The notes under the pieces were generated by a model that worked only from the letters and a program-made list of their open reading frames with translations, did not search any database and was not told where the DNA came from. This document shows positions 52,162 to 63,022 of a DNA stretch of 64,000 nucleotides, piece by piece. This stretch comes from an uncultured candidate division Zixibacteria bacterium (lineage in GTDB: Bacteria; Zixibacteria; MSB-5A5; UBA10806; 4484-95): assembly GCA_963668625.2 (NCBI GenBank), contig CAXXKA010000008.1, forward strand, positions 704,001-768,000, in the 5' to 3' direction. How positions within the stretch are numbered: the first letter of the stretch is position 1; every line of letters begins with the position of its first letter. A program made the position numbers and the translations under genes.

Positions 52162-52191
52162 AAAGGCAGGATCTACCAATCCTGCCTTTTT
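52162..52191. terminator. bidirectional intrinsic terminator
   Basis: AAAGGCAGGAT-loop-ATCCTGCCTTTTT between convergent genes. Confidence 0.7.
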
Positions 52192-52214
52192 GAATTTCAT
52201 ATGAATCGGATCGT

Positions 52215-52796
52215 CTATCGTTTTCCCAATAACGCCCAACCGGCAGGAAGTACCATCGATGCCATGACAATTTTAAGCATATCTCCGGCGATGAATGGGT
52301 ATAGCCCCAGATTCAAGACCATTGAACTTTCGACATAAATGGATAACCAGAGTAATCCGAACAGATAAATTATTACGTTACCTGCTGTTAAGAATGCAAA
52401 CGTGGCGATAAGGTTGCGGTCATAGCCTCGCTCAGCGCAAGCGCCAACGAAATAGGCGGCAGCTATGAATCCCAATAGATATCCCCCCGTAGGACCGAGC
52501 ATACAGGCAACTCCGGAAAGGCCGCCCGCGAATACCGGGAGACCGGCTGCTCCCTCGGCCAGGTAGGTTAAAATCACCAGCGTTCCTCGTTTGCTGCCCA
52601 TCGTAGCTCCGATTAGAAGCACCGCGAGTGTTTGGAATGTTATTGGTACCGGACTAATTGGCAACATGACTGAGATTTTTGAGGCCAGAGCTAAAATCAG
52701 AGAGCCGCTTAAAACCATCATGAAATCATATAGAACCGCATATCTTTTCGGTACGGGACGGAGCAAATCGATGTAACTTGAATACTGCAAAGTCAT
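52215..52796 (-). CDS. bioY: biotin transporter BioY
   Basis: PVPITFQT, YLAEGAAGLPVFAG, GPTGGYLLGF, PFIAGD.LK. Confidence 0.93.
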   Translation of the reverse strand: MTLQYSSYIDLLRPVPKRYAVLYDFMMVLSGSLILALASKISVMLPISPVPITFQTLAVLLIGATMGSKRGTLVILTYLAEGAAGLPVFAGGLSGVACMLGPTGGYLLGFIAAAYFVGACAERGYDRNLIATFAFLTAGNVIIYLFGLLWLSIYVESSMVLNLGLYPFIAGDMLKIVMASMVLPAGWALLGKR

Positions 52797-53103
52797 TAGT
52801 TTCCTCCAACTACAAAACGTGAAGTTTGTTAGAATGTTTGATCATTTGTCAATATTATGAAAAGATAATTTGAGATGCAAATGATATTTGTTGAATTTAG
52901 CTAATTATTTTAAGCAGATTTTAATGTTTTTATTTAAACCGGAATCTACCGTGTATTGCTGTTCTTTTAATGATTACGAAACCTGCAGCAATCTATTTTT
53001 TCGGTGCATGCAATGGTATTTTTCTTGACATCCAGATAATAAATCCTATATTCCTGATATATGTCACCCCTCCGGGGTAATAACTGGCATCGAGGAGTTC
53101 TTC

Positions 53104-53952
53104 TTGCAGAGTTTACATTCCGAAATAATGCAATGTCTGGCTGATATAGGTCTTTCCGAGCGCGAGGCCCGCGTGTATCTGGCGATGCTCAATAATCGTA
53201 ATGCTACCGCGGCCGAATTGCAAAAGCATTCCGGTGTACCGCTAAGTAAGATCTATGAGGTCATCGATGGACTCGTGAGAGCGGGCTATTGTACCGAAAG
53301 AAAAATCGGCCGTAAGAAGATGTTCGAGGTCTTAAATCCCGACATCGCTCTTGATACATCGTTTAAAGAGCTAAAAAGTCGTTTGGAAAACTCACTCAGT
53401 ATCAAAAAGAAATTATCAAATATTTATTCCTCCTCGAAAAAAATGTCCAATCCCTCCGAGTATATAGAGGTTCTGCGCGGTAACGATAATATTCATCACC
53501 GTTACTGCCAGTTGGTGAGCAATACGCGCAAGGAGCTTCTCGGTTTTAACCGCCGCCCCTACGCTTGTGATACGCAGGATAAATACACGTATCAAAACGA
53601 TGTCGAGCTTGAAACCTCAACGCGCCATGCAGTATCTCGCTGGGTATATGATCTGGAGCTTCCCGGCGAGGAATGGCTTATACCCAATTTGCGGAACCTT
53701 CGCGATAAGGGCCAGGGAATAAGGGTCGCCGAAAAATTACCTTTAAAAATGATGATATTCGATCGCGAGTTATTACTGGTAGCGGATGAGCCTGAGCCAT
53801 TCAGCCAGCCCGGAGATTTAACGATGTCCGTTATCAAGCAGGGGACTATCGTAAACGCATTTTTAGCGATGTTCGAATATTTCTGGGACAGCTCGATTGA
53901 GCTTGATTTATGGGAAAAAATGCAACTACCACTAAGTATATACAGAGAATAG
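53104..53952 (+). CDS. TrmB family transcriptional regulator
   Basis: GLSEREARVYLAML...SGVP.SKIYEV..L, and LPLKMMIFDRE (PLD-like C-terminal domain). Confidence 0.85.
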   Translation: MQSLHSEIMQCLADIGLSEREARVYLAMLNNRNATAAELQKHSGVPLSKIYEVIDGLVRAGYCTERKIGRKKMFEVLNPDIALDTSFKELKSRLENSLSIKKKLSNIYSSSKKMSNPSEYIEVLRGNDNIHHRYCQLVSNTRKELLGFNRRPYACDTQDKYTYQNDVELETSTRHAVSRWVYDLELPGEEWLIPNLRNLRDKGQGIRVAEKLPLKMMIFDRELLLVADEPEPFSQPGDLTMSVIKQGTIVNAFLAMFEYFWDSSIELDLWEKMQLPLSIYRE

Positions 53953-54017
53953 GGTGGTAATTAGAATAGCGAATAAAAATAGTGGTCTTAGACGTAAATA
54001 ATTTACAGGAGAAGCAG

Positions 54018-55846
54018 ATAAAGAAATTGTTAATTTTGTTAGTGCTCGCTCTGGTGCCGGTTTTGGTATCAGGCCAGACCTTTATCGAGGAAGGTTTCAA
54101 TACCTGGCCGCCCGAGGGTTGGTCGGCTGATTCTCATCCGAATAACTGGCATGGCGCTGACGGTGATGAGGCCGGCGGTGTTGCACCCGAGGCCGTATTC
54201 GATTGGAGCCCTAAATTTTCCGGCACTACGCATTTCATGTCTCCCGAATTTGACCTGACGGGTGTGATCTAGCTTTATTTCGAGTTTAATCACAAGATCG
54301 ATCATTTTACGGTGGCGCTTATACAGTTGGTGTTGCCACTCGTCACGGCGGCGGTGCATGGAATACTGTCTGGTCGATTTCCAACCCCAGCGGTAATGTC
54401 GGCCCGGCTACTGTTTCCGAACAGATAAGCAATGATGATGTCGGCGCGAGCGATTTCCAGATATGTATATTCTTCTCGGGCAGTTCATATAATGTCGATT
54501 TTTGGTATTTCGATGAGTTCTTTCTCTATTCGCCTTTAGCTCATGATATGAAGCTCAAGAGGCTGGTCATCGATGACCAGTACGAACCGGGTAATCCAAT
54601 GGTACCGGCGGCGCTGGTACAGAATTTCGGTTTGAACGATGAGACATTCGATGTCAACTGCGAGATATTCCTGGGTGATGTAAGCGTATATAATGAAACT
54701 CTGGAGGATATTACTTTCGAATCGGGCGAGCAAGAGACTATCGCGTTCCCGGCTTATAATATTACCGACGCCAACGAGTTGTTCCGGGCTGTATTTACCA
54801 CTATTCTCGATAGTGATATGAATGAGTCCAATGACAGCCGCTGGGAGTATTTCAATACCTATACCACTCCCCGGGATATGGTGTTGCTCGAGATCGGTAC
54901 GGGTACCTGGTGCCAGTACTGTCCCGGCGCGGCCATGGGCGCCGAGGATCTTGTGGGCCATGGACTGAACGTGGCCGTGGTCGAATATCACCAGGGTTCG
55001 ACCGATCCGTTCCAGAATGCCGAGGGCCTGGAGAGGATCGACTATTACGGTATAAGCGGATATCCCACCGCCGTTTTCGGTGGGTTGAAAAAATACGTGG
55101 GCGGCAGTAACACCGAGAGTATGTATTCGGCTTACCTGCCTCTCATTCAGGAAAGAGCGGTTATTAATACCGCATTTACGATGGAATTATTCGGCGCAAA
55201 CGAAGGTTACGATTATAATATCATGACACGGGTTACGAAAATGGCCACGATACCATATGAGAATATGGTTGTTCATGTTGCCCTGACCGAGTCGGGTATC
55301 GCCTATAACTGGCAGGGCCAGACTCACCTCGAGTGGGTTGAGCGCGATATGGTCGAAAATGCTGATGGCGAACCGATCAATTTCGGCTCTGGTGATGTTC
55401 AGCAGGTTGAATTCGATTTTAACCTCGATCCCGATTATGATTTATCGGAGTGCGAGCTCACCGCCTGGGTGCAGAACCTGGACAATAAAGAGGTGCTGCA
55501 GTCGACTAAAGTCATGCTTACGGATTTAACACCTGTTGCCATCGATGATGACATGGTGGTTTTGCCGAGTCGCACCAGGTTGGGCGCCAACTATCCCAAC
55601 CCGTTTAATCCATCAACAATGATTGAATTCTCGATCGAATCTCCCGGTGATGTAATCCTGGAGGTATACAATATCATGGGCCAGAAAGTTAATACAGTCG
55701 TTAACTCGAGGCTCGAAGCCGGCAACCATCAGGCGTTATGGAACGGTACGGATGAGTCCGGCGCCGGTGTTGCCTCCGGTACATATTTTTATAAGCTGAC
55801 TACGGATGATTTCAGTCAGACTAAGAAAATGGTCTTGATGAAGTAG
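54018..55846 (+). pseudogene. Omp28-like CxxC secreted protein with a Por/T9SS-like tail, disrupted at the 5' end
   Basis: RBS CAGGAG followed by ATA-KKLLILL (start codon apparently lost), an in-frame TAG at 54270 and a 1-nt frameshift near 54310. It is then open through EIGTGTWCQYCPG...GYPT...NYPNPFN...KMVLMK. Confidence 0.75.
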
Positions 55847-55921
55847 TCAGGCAGAGGGGACAAAGCAGGGGGAGAGTGCCAGCAGTGTCTCTCCCCTTCA
55901 GAAATAAGAGAAGGATTAAAA

Positions 55922-57259
55922 ATGACAGCAATAGCCAAGATCGCAGCACCGACATTATTAATCTTAATATTAGCGGCCGGAACGGCTTTCCCTGATACTT
56001 ACCTGATCCAACCTGACGGCAGCGGGGATTTTTCCGATCTAACCACAGCTATGGGAAACGCCGTTGATGGTGACACTATTATGTTGGCCGACGGTCTTTA
56101 CACCGGCCGCGGTAATCGTGATATAAATTATGATGGTAAAGAGGTGGTAGTTTGCTCGCAAAGCGGGAATCCCGCGAATTGCGTTATAGATATCGAAGGG
56201 GAGTTCAATGATACGGCCGAGCGAGGTTTTATTTTCAATAACGATGAAACCGAAGCCAGCGTACTTCGCGATATAAAAATCATTCACGGTAACGCCGATG
56301 CTCCCTGCCCCGAGTGCGAAGGCGGAGCGGTGTATGTGCACGACGCCTCGCCTACCATGGAAAATTTGATTCTAGAGGATAACTATGCCTTAAACGGGGC
56401 CGGCATCATGGTAAACGGCGGTTCACCGACGATCAAAAACTGTGTGTTCATTAATAATGATACCTTCGACGGCGGTGGTTTCATGTGCCTCTCCGGCGAC
56501 CATCCTATTTTAGAGGGCTGCGTGTTTTATAATAATACCGCCACGATGCGGGGGGCGGCTATCTCAGGGCAGGGCGAATGTGTTATCGAGGTGGTAAACT
56601 GTACTATCGCCCATAACGGCTCAACCGTGGGCAGCGCCATATCCTCGTGGGAGAATGACTATATCATAGAGAATTCCATTATCGCCTATAACGGCGATAG
56701 CCTGGCGGTCTGGGCAACGGGTGATCCTGAGATTACAATCAGCTATACCGATATTTACGGCAACACCGGCGGTGACTGGGTCGGTCCGATAGCCGGACAG
56801 GGTACGTTAAACGGTAATAAAAACGAGGCCCCGATATTCGTTGATTACGAAAATCGTGATTACCATCTTACGGTAAATTCTCCCTGTATCGATGGTGGCA
56901 ATCCCGATTCGCCTTATGATCCCGATAACACCGTTGCCGATATGGGTGCATACTATTATTACCAGATCGTCTCTATCGATAATACGGAGTTGCTCCCGAA
57001 TCGAACCGGCTTGCTTGCCAATTACCCTAATCCGTTCAATGCCAATACTGTCATAGCGTTCGAATTGGCCTCGCGGGGAGATGTGCAGCTTGATATTTAC
57101 GATATCGCAGGCCGTAAAGTGACCACGGCCGCACAAGGCATGTTCGAGGCGGGAAAATACCAGGTGGACTGGTATGCTGATGTTGTTTCGGGCGTTTATT
57201 TTTCCGTATTGCGTACCGATAGCGGCGTGTATACGAATAAGATGGTTTTGCTGAAATAG
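55922..57259 (+). CDS. secreted right-handed beta-helix protein with a Por/T9SS-like tail
   Basis: Signal peptide; GG/GA..N.A repeats, PCPEC, DYHL...SPCIDGG...DMGAY; tail NYPNPFN. Confidence 0.8.
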   Translation: MTAIAKIAAPTLLILILAAGTAFPDTYLIQPDGSGDFSDLTTAMGNAVDGDTIMLADGLYTGRGNRDINYDGKEVVVCSQSGNPANCVIDIEGEFNDTAERGFIFNNDETEASVLRDIKIIHGNADAPCPECEGGAVYVHDASPTMENLILEDNYALNGAGIMVNGGSPTIKNCVFINNDTFDGGGFMCLSGDHPILEGCVFYNNTATMRGAAISGQGECVIEVVNCTIAHNGSTVGSAISSWENDYIIENSIIAYNGDSLAVWATGDPEITISYTDIYGNTGGDWVGPIAGQGTLNGNKNEAPIFVDYENRDYHLTVNSPCIDGGNPDSPYDPDNTVADMGAYYYYQIVSIDNTELLPNRTGLLANYPNPFNANTVIAFELASRGDVQLDIYDIAGRKVTTAAQGMFEAGKYQVDWYADVVSGVYFSVLRTDSGVYTNKMVLLK

Positions 57260-57464
57260 TAAAATTATTCGAATAGTCTGTTAATGAATTTTTATTAATC
57301 GCCGGATTATCCTTCTCCGGCGATTTTTTATTGCATATGCCTGTTCTCGGTTGGTTTGTTGAATGCCCATCGGAAAGAGATTATTGAAGCTTAACTGTTT
57401 TTTAACTGATGTCGGCCTTATACCGAGCGCTTTTAATGTAGCTACATTTGGCGATATCATTTTG

Positions 57465-57492
57465 TTGACATTGGCGGGCAATGTGTTATATT
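57465..57492 (+). promoter_or_regulatory. sigma70 promoter
   Basis: TTGACA-16-TATATT with an extended -10 TG. Confidence 0.55.
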
Positions 57493-57633
57493 AATGCTGC
57501 TAATCTGGCTGAGGGTTACAGGCAAACTTCCGGAGTTGTTGAAAATTCCCATATCTATGTGGAAGGAGGATATTCATCCGGCATGTAATTCTAATGTATC
57601 ATATTTTCATGATAAGCAAGGAATGGAGTTGAT

Positions 57634-59970
57634 ATGAGATCCAGATTTACCAGGTTATTGTTGGTACTGTCTGCGGTATTGTTGTTCGGGGGAGCTTTAC
57701 AGGCTCAGAATGTGCTTGTGTGGGATAACGATAACGGATCGGATTATAGCGATCCCGATAACGGCGTGACTCGCAGTTGTGAGTATGGTATCGTGCAAGC
57801 TCTTAGCGCGAATAATATTAACTATACGACTTTGTCTTACCTGCCATCCTATTTGGATAATTACGATATCATATTCGTTGTGCTCGGTGTCTACTGCCGT
57901 AGCTGAGGGGAAACCCCTCCCGGATCAGTTGGATCCGAACAACAAGATGAATTAGTCGAGTTCATGAATGATGGCGGCGCTCTATACGTAGAGGGCTCGG
58001 ATGTAGGCTGTAGCCACTATACCACCGAATTTTTCGAATATCTCGGGGCCGACTATATCAGGCAGGGTGATGGCTATAATACCATAAATGAAATAGAAGG
58101 CGTTGAGGGTACTTTTACTGCTCCTGATCTTTTTTCGTTTCCGGACGGAGACCCTGACTACAAAGTAGATGAACTCGGAGCAGGAGAAGGTACCGGTATT
58201 CTTCGATGTCAGGAGGATATAGTCAGGACAGTGCTCTATGAGGGAGCAAATTATCGAGCTATCACCTCCTCTGTAACTTTCGGTGTTCTGGAAAACAGGC
58301 AGGAAAGTTCTACGAGAGCTTTGCTCATGGAGCGTTACCTGAATTTCCTCAACGGTAACGATGGCAGCGAATTCTGGTGTTCGCATGGCCAAATCGATTT
58401 TGGCGTGCAGTATATCAGCTATGATTCGGTAATCAATATAACGATGCAGAATTTCGGCCAGGGTGGTTTGTATATAAGCGATATAGGTATCACCGGCGAG
58501 CAATTCTCGATTGATTGTGAGACGAGTTACTCGCTTGCGAGCGGCCAACGGATCGAGTTGCCCGTAAGATTTTACAGTGATGAAATCGGATACTATATGG
58601 GGGCAATTACTTTGACCACCAATGATCCGGATGAGACATCCGTTACGATACCTGTTGAAGCCGAATGTTTCGGGTCGCCTGTAGTTGGGCTCGAACCGAC
58701 GGCGTTTAATGTAGATATTTTAGCGGACCAGATTACCCAGAGGATAATGACCATAGCCAACAGCGGTGAAAGTCGTCTCAGTTTTAATATCCAGATAGTT
58801 GATTCGCACGAGTTGGTCGGTACTACTGATCACCGGACGAATGATGAGTGCGATATCGAGGCAGTGTCGCTGGCGAAGGGCGAATATGATTACCGTCAGG
58901 GGCCACCGGTTGTTTGCGGTTCCGGCGGGCCTGATGATTTCGGCTATAAATGGATAGACAGTGATGAAGCCGGGGGACCGGTATATCAATGGTTCGATAT
59001 TTCAGAGATAGGACAAAATACCGGCTTGGAGGGCGATGACGAAATGGTGACCATACCTCTGCCGTTTGGTTTCCATTATTATGGCAATGAATACGATGAG
59101 GTAACTATCAGCACGAACGGCTATCTCACGTTCGGCAATGACGGTGAACATTATGGCAATCACAATATCCCATACTCTGAGCACCCGAATAATATAATAT
59201 GTCCGTTCTGGGATGATTTAGAACAGGAATCAGGCTCGAACTATAGCCACTACGATCAGACTAACCATAGGTTCATAATTCAATACCAGGATTGGGGATT
59301 TTACTCCGGTGGCGGTTCGCTCGATTTTCAGGTACATCTCCTCGAAAATGGTGTGATATTTTTCTACTACAGGAACTTGATCGGAAGCCTGACCTCCGCG
59401 ACAATCGGAATCGAAAACTCAACCGGCGCCGATGGCCTTCAGGTAGCCTATAATTCCAATTACCTTCACGATGAAATGGCTATTCAGTTTAACGCCGGGC
59501 CGATCTGGATCACTATGAACGAGAGTATTGGGATCGTACCGGTGGATTCCACTCATGATATAATTTTCACTTTCGATGCTACGAGCGTTGATGAGGGTGT
59601 TTATACGGCCGACATTATATTCGGATGTAATGACCCTGAAACTCCTCGAATAGTCGTGCCGGTTACCATGAACGTGAATTTAACCGGTATCGGGGATGAG
59701 TCGCTGCCATACGTTACGGAGCTGACCGGAAACTATCCGAACCCGTTCAACAATTCCACCGTAATCAGTTACTCGATCGATAAACGTACTCATGTCAGCC
59801 TTGACATATATAATTTGCTGGGACAGAAAATTGTTACGCTCGTTGATGATATCCGGGATGCCGGTGAATATCGGGAGATATGGCAGGCGGATGTTTCCAC
59901 CGGTGTATATTTCTACAGGTTAAACGCCGGTGATTATGTCTCGCAGCGAAAGATGATCTTATTGAAATAA
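57634..59970 (+). CDS. putative secreted selenoprotein A (CxxU; 778 aa with TGA read as Sec at residue 91), Ig-like domains and a Por/T9SS-like tail
   Basis: ORFs 57634-57906 and 57964-59970 are in the same frame, separated only by TGA at 57904-57906: LGVYCRS*GETPPGSVGSEQQDELVEFMNDGG. The signal peptide is only in the first part and the secretion tail only in the second. Confidence 0.8.
57921..57937 (+). promoter_or_regulatory. putative bacterial SECIS hairpin A
   Basis: CGGATC-AGTTG-GATCCG; the loop starts 20 nt after UGA and has GU at loop positions 2-3. Confidence 0.65.
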
Positions 59971-59979
59971 ATCGTGTCC

Positions 59980-60009
59980 GGCCTGGTCGTGTCAGATCAC
60001 GACCAGGTC
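59980..60009 (+). terminator. hairpin after paralog A (terminator or REP-like)
   Basis: CCTGGTCGTG-TCAGAT-CACGACCAGG, a perfect 10-bp stem with a weak U tract. Confidence 0.45.
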
Positions 60010-60181
60010 GATTTTAGGATTTGAAATTTCTGCGCTGACAGTTATATTGTTGATATAATCGGAAATAGCGCACAGGTTAATATCTTAGCAATTGGCAACA
60101 TAAATTCATATCGGGATAAAAAGGAGGTGGAAACGCAATCCCCGTATCGAAGTTTTGGTCAGGGTAAATCCTTTTTAGGAA

Positions 60182-62473
60182 GTGAGTAGTATAATGTTTA
60201 AAAAAACTTTAGGTCTTTACCTGATAGTAACCGTGATTTTTCTGATCGCTGATACACTCCAGGCACAAAATATACTTATTTGGGATAACGATAATTCATC
60301 CCATTATTATGATTCGGAAGAGGGAGAATCGAGAAACTGTGAGTATGGAATCCAAAGGGCGCTGACCGACAACCAGGTTAGCTATGTAACTCGCAGCAAC
60401 CTGCCCCTGGATATATCGGATTATGATATCGTATTCGTCGTCCTGGGCGTCTACTGTGTCGGGTGAGGAATCACTCCACCGGGAACCGTGGGTTCCTCAG
60501 AACAAACGATTTTAATGGATTATATGAATGACGGCGGGACGGTTTATTGCGAGGGCTCGGATGTCGCTTTTTCACATCAAAGCACGGACTTTTTAGATTA
60601 TTTCGGAGTAGAGTTTATAGATCGTGGAGAGGCGAACGCAATCGATATGATCCGTGGCGTCGATGGCACGTTCACCGCCTCGGACCGATTCGATTTTCCC
60701 GACGGTGATGCCGATTACCTTATCGATGAGCTGGCAATGGTTAGCGGAACAGGTTTTCTAGAATGTCAGAATAATATTAGCCGCGCGGTTTTTTATGATG
60801 AGGGCGGTTATCGAACGATTATATCCTCAGTAACTTTAGGCGCTTTATTCGATGGCGAAGATACCAATACACGGGCCGTATTGATGGAGCGGTACTTGAG
60901 CTTTCTGACCGGCGATGAAAATCCCAATCTCTGGCGCTCACATGACACGATAGATTTCGGCACTAATTACGCGGGTTATGAATCGACTGTAGATTTTAAA
61001 ATTAAGAATATCGGATTGAACGGCTTGAATATCAGCAACGTTAACATTACCGGCCAGTGCTTTACGTTCGATGGCGATACGGATTACATGCTCGATGTCG
61101 GTGAGCGCGTTACCTTACCGGTGACTTTTTTCAGCGAGACCGCGGGAAATTACGATGGCGCGATAACGTTTACCACCAACGATCCTGACGAGGAAAATAT
61201 TTCGGTAGAACTGACCGCGGAATGTATTTCCGCCCCGGAAATCGAGATATCCGATGATGAATTATATGTTGAGCTAAACCGCGGACAGGTAGTTGATCGG
61301 ACATTTTCGATTACGAATATAGGCTTGAACGATCTGGAGTTCAGAATCGAAACTCTTGAAACGAGCGAACCTGGTCTGGTAGGCGATTACCGAAATGATG
61401 ACGGCGAGCCGGTTGTTTGCGGCTCGGGAGGGCCGGATACTTACGGCTATATATGGGTCGACAGCGATGAGCCGGCCGGGCCGGAATTCGAATGGCTGGA
61501 TATCTCCGGAATTGGCGAGGATATCGGGTTACAGGGATTCGATAGTGGCGAATTCATCGATTTGCCTTTTAATTTTGGTTTTTACGGCAACACATACGAT
61601 CGGATAATGGTCAGCACGAATGGCTATCTGACTTTCGATACCGACCCTACTGAATATATGAACCACAGGATACCCGATTCGCAGGAGCCTAACAATCTTA
61701 TCTGTCCGTTCTGGGATGATCTCTACCCCCGGGATGGCAGGGTTTACTACTATCATGATTCAGACCGTCAGAGGGTGATTATACAGTACGATAAATGGGA
61801 GTATTACTCGGGGTTCGGTGATTTCACATTGCAGGTGCATCTTCTGGAAAACGGTGTAATTTATTTCTATTACGAGAAAATCAACGGCTCAACCACCTCA
61901 TCCACTGTCGGTATCGAGAGCGCTGAGGGTAACGATGGTCTCGAGATCGTATATAACAGCTCGTATCTCAGGGATAGTCTGGCCATAAGAATTAATGCCG
62001 GTCCGAAGTGGCTTGGGTTGGATGAACTAGCAGGGGCCTTAACTCCTGGTTCGAGCATGAATTTAGTTTTCACTTTCGACGCTCGGAGTATCGGGGAGGG
62101 TACTTACACGGCTGATATGTATATCTATAATAACGATCCCGCCAATCCCGAGATTACGGTGCCGGTGACCATGCTGGTAAATATCGTTGGCGCAAAGGAC
62201 GAAACGCTGCCGTATGTGACGGAGCTCAAAGGCAACTATCCCAACCCGTTTAACGGCGCCACCTCGATAAGTTACTCGCTCGGTAAGCGTACTTATGTAA
62301 CGTTGGATATATTCAATGTGCTGGGAAGGAAAGTGACCAGGCTGGTCGATGAGGTTAAGGCAGCCGGTAATCATAGTATTGTATGGCGGGCGGATGTTTC
62401 CAGCGGGGTGTATTTCTACAGGCTAACCGCCGGCGATTATGTTTCGCAAGAGAAAATGATTTTGTTGAAGTAG
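60182..62473 (+). CDS. putative secreted selenoprotein B (CxxU; 763 aa from GTG, Sec at residue 95), paralog of A
   Basis: ORFs 60182-60466 and 60488-62473 are in the same frame, separated only by TGA at 60464-60466: LGVYCVG*GITPPGTVGSSEQTILMDYMNDGG. Colinear with A along its whole length. Alternative start at ATG 60194. Confidence 0.8.
60481..60497 (+). promoter_or_regulatory. putative bacterial SECIS hairpin B
   Basis: GGGAAC-CGTGG-GTTCCT at the same offset from UGA as hairpin A, with compensatory base changes. Confidence 0.65.
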
Positions 62474-62494
62474 AGTATTGAGATTAATGACTCG

Positions 62495-62527
62495 ACCGGG
62501 GTGTCGTATGGGCATCCCGGTTTTTTT
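62495..62527 (+). terminator. intrinsic terminator
   Basis: ACCGGGGTGTC-loop-GGCATCCCGGT followed by a T run. Confidence 0.75.
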
Positions 62528-63022
62528 ATTGATCTTAAAACTACCGTTTTAGCCGGTGCGTACATTTAAAGCGAAGCGTTGATCTTTTCATTTATCTTAG
62601 ACCTAATTTTGTATCGGGCTGTCCTTGCAAAATTTTCGGTGAAGTTTGGCAATCAGCTTCTTTGCCAATCAGATTACAGGAACTATCTCGGAAGGTCAGG
62701 TTCACCTTTGAATAGGGCGAAGAGATTAGCCCTATACTACACCTGGGTTCAAGAGTTTGTCATTTAGATATTGAGTTTTTCAGCACCATTAGTAGTTGAA
62801 ATCATATTCGCGGATCAGTAGGAGTCAGGCTCTCAAGCTACTCAAAGCCAACAGTTAACAGATACTTTTCGCTATGGTGCATCGCGCAAAAAATGACCTC
62901 CAATTAAATAAATTCCGCCAATTAAATACTTGTGTTGACAAAACTATTGCCCTATATTGCTTTGGTGCCAGAGTTTAGTTTTTGGAACTATTGATTGATC
63001 GAGTTGGCAACGGGAGTGACTA

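Noticed and set aside
54270-54272. Pyrrolysine read-through of the in-frame TAG
   Set aside because: It is accompanied by a lost start codon and a frameshift, it is not in a catalytic context, and there are no pyl genes in the window.
57500-57600. Riboswitch in the leader of paralog A (GGCAAAC...GAAA resembles c-di-GMP-I)
   Set aside because: I could not build the required P2/P3 pairing or find the downstream GCAAAG motif. An Rfam scan would settle it.
57904-57906. The TGAs as simple nonsense mutations or sequencing errors
   Set aside because: The same codon position is hit in two diverged paralogs with no other lesions, and both have a CxxU context and a covarying hairpin.
57904-60466. TGA reassigned genome-wide to Trp or Gly (code 4 or 25)
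   Set aside because: Several well-defined genes end at TGA at their expected C-termini (purA, yihA, rho, the aldolase), and Trp is encoded by TGG in the genes I translated.
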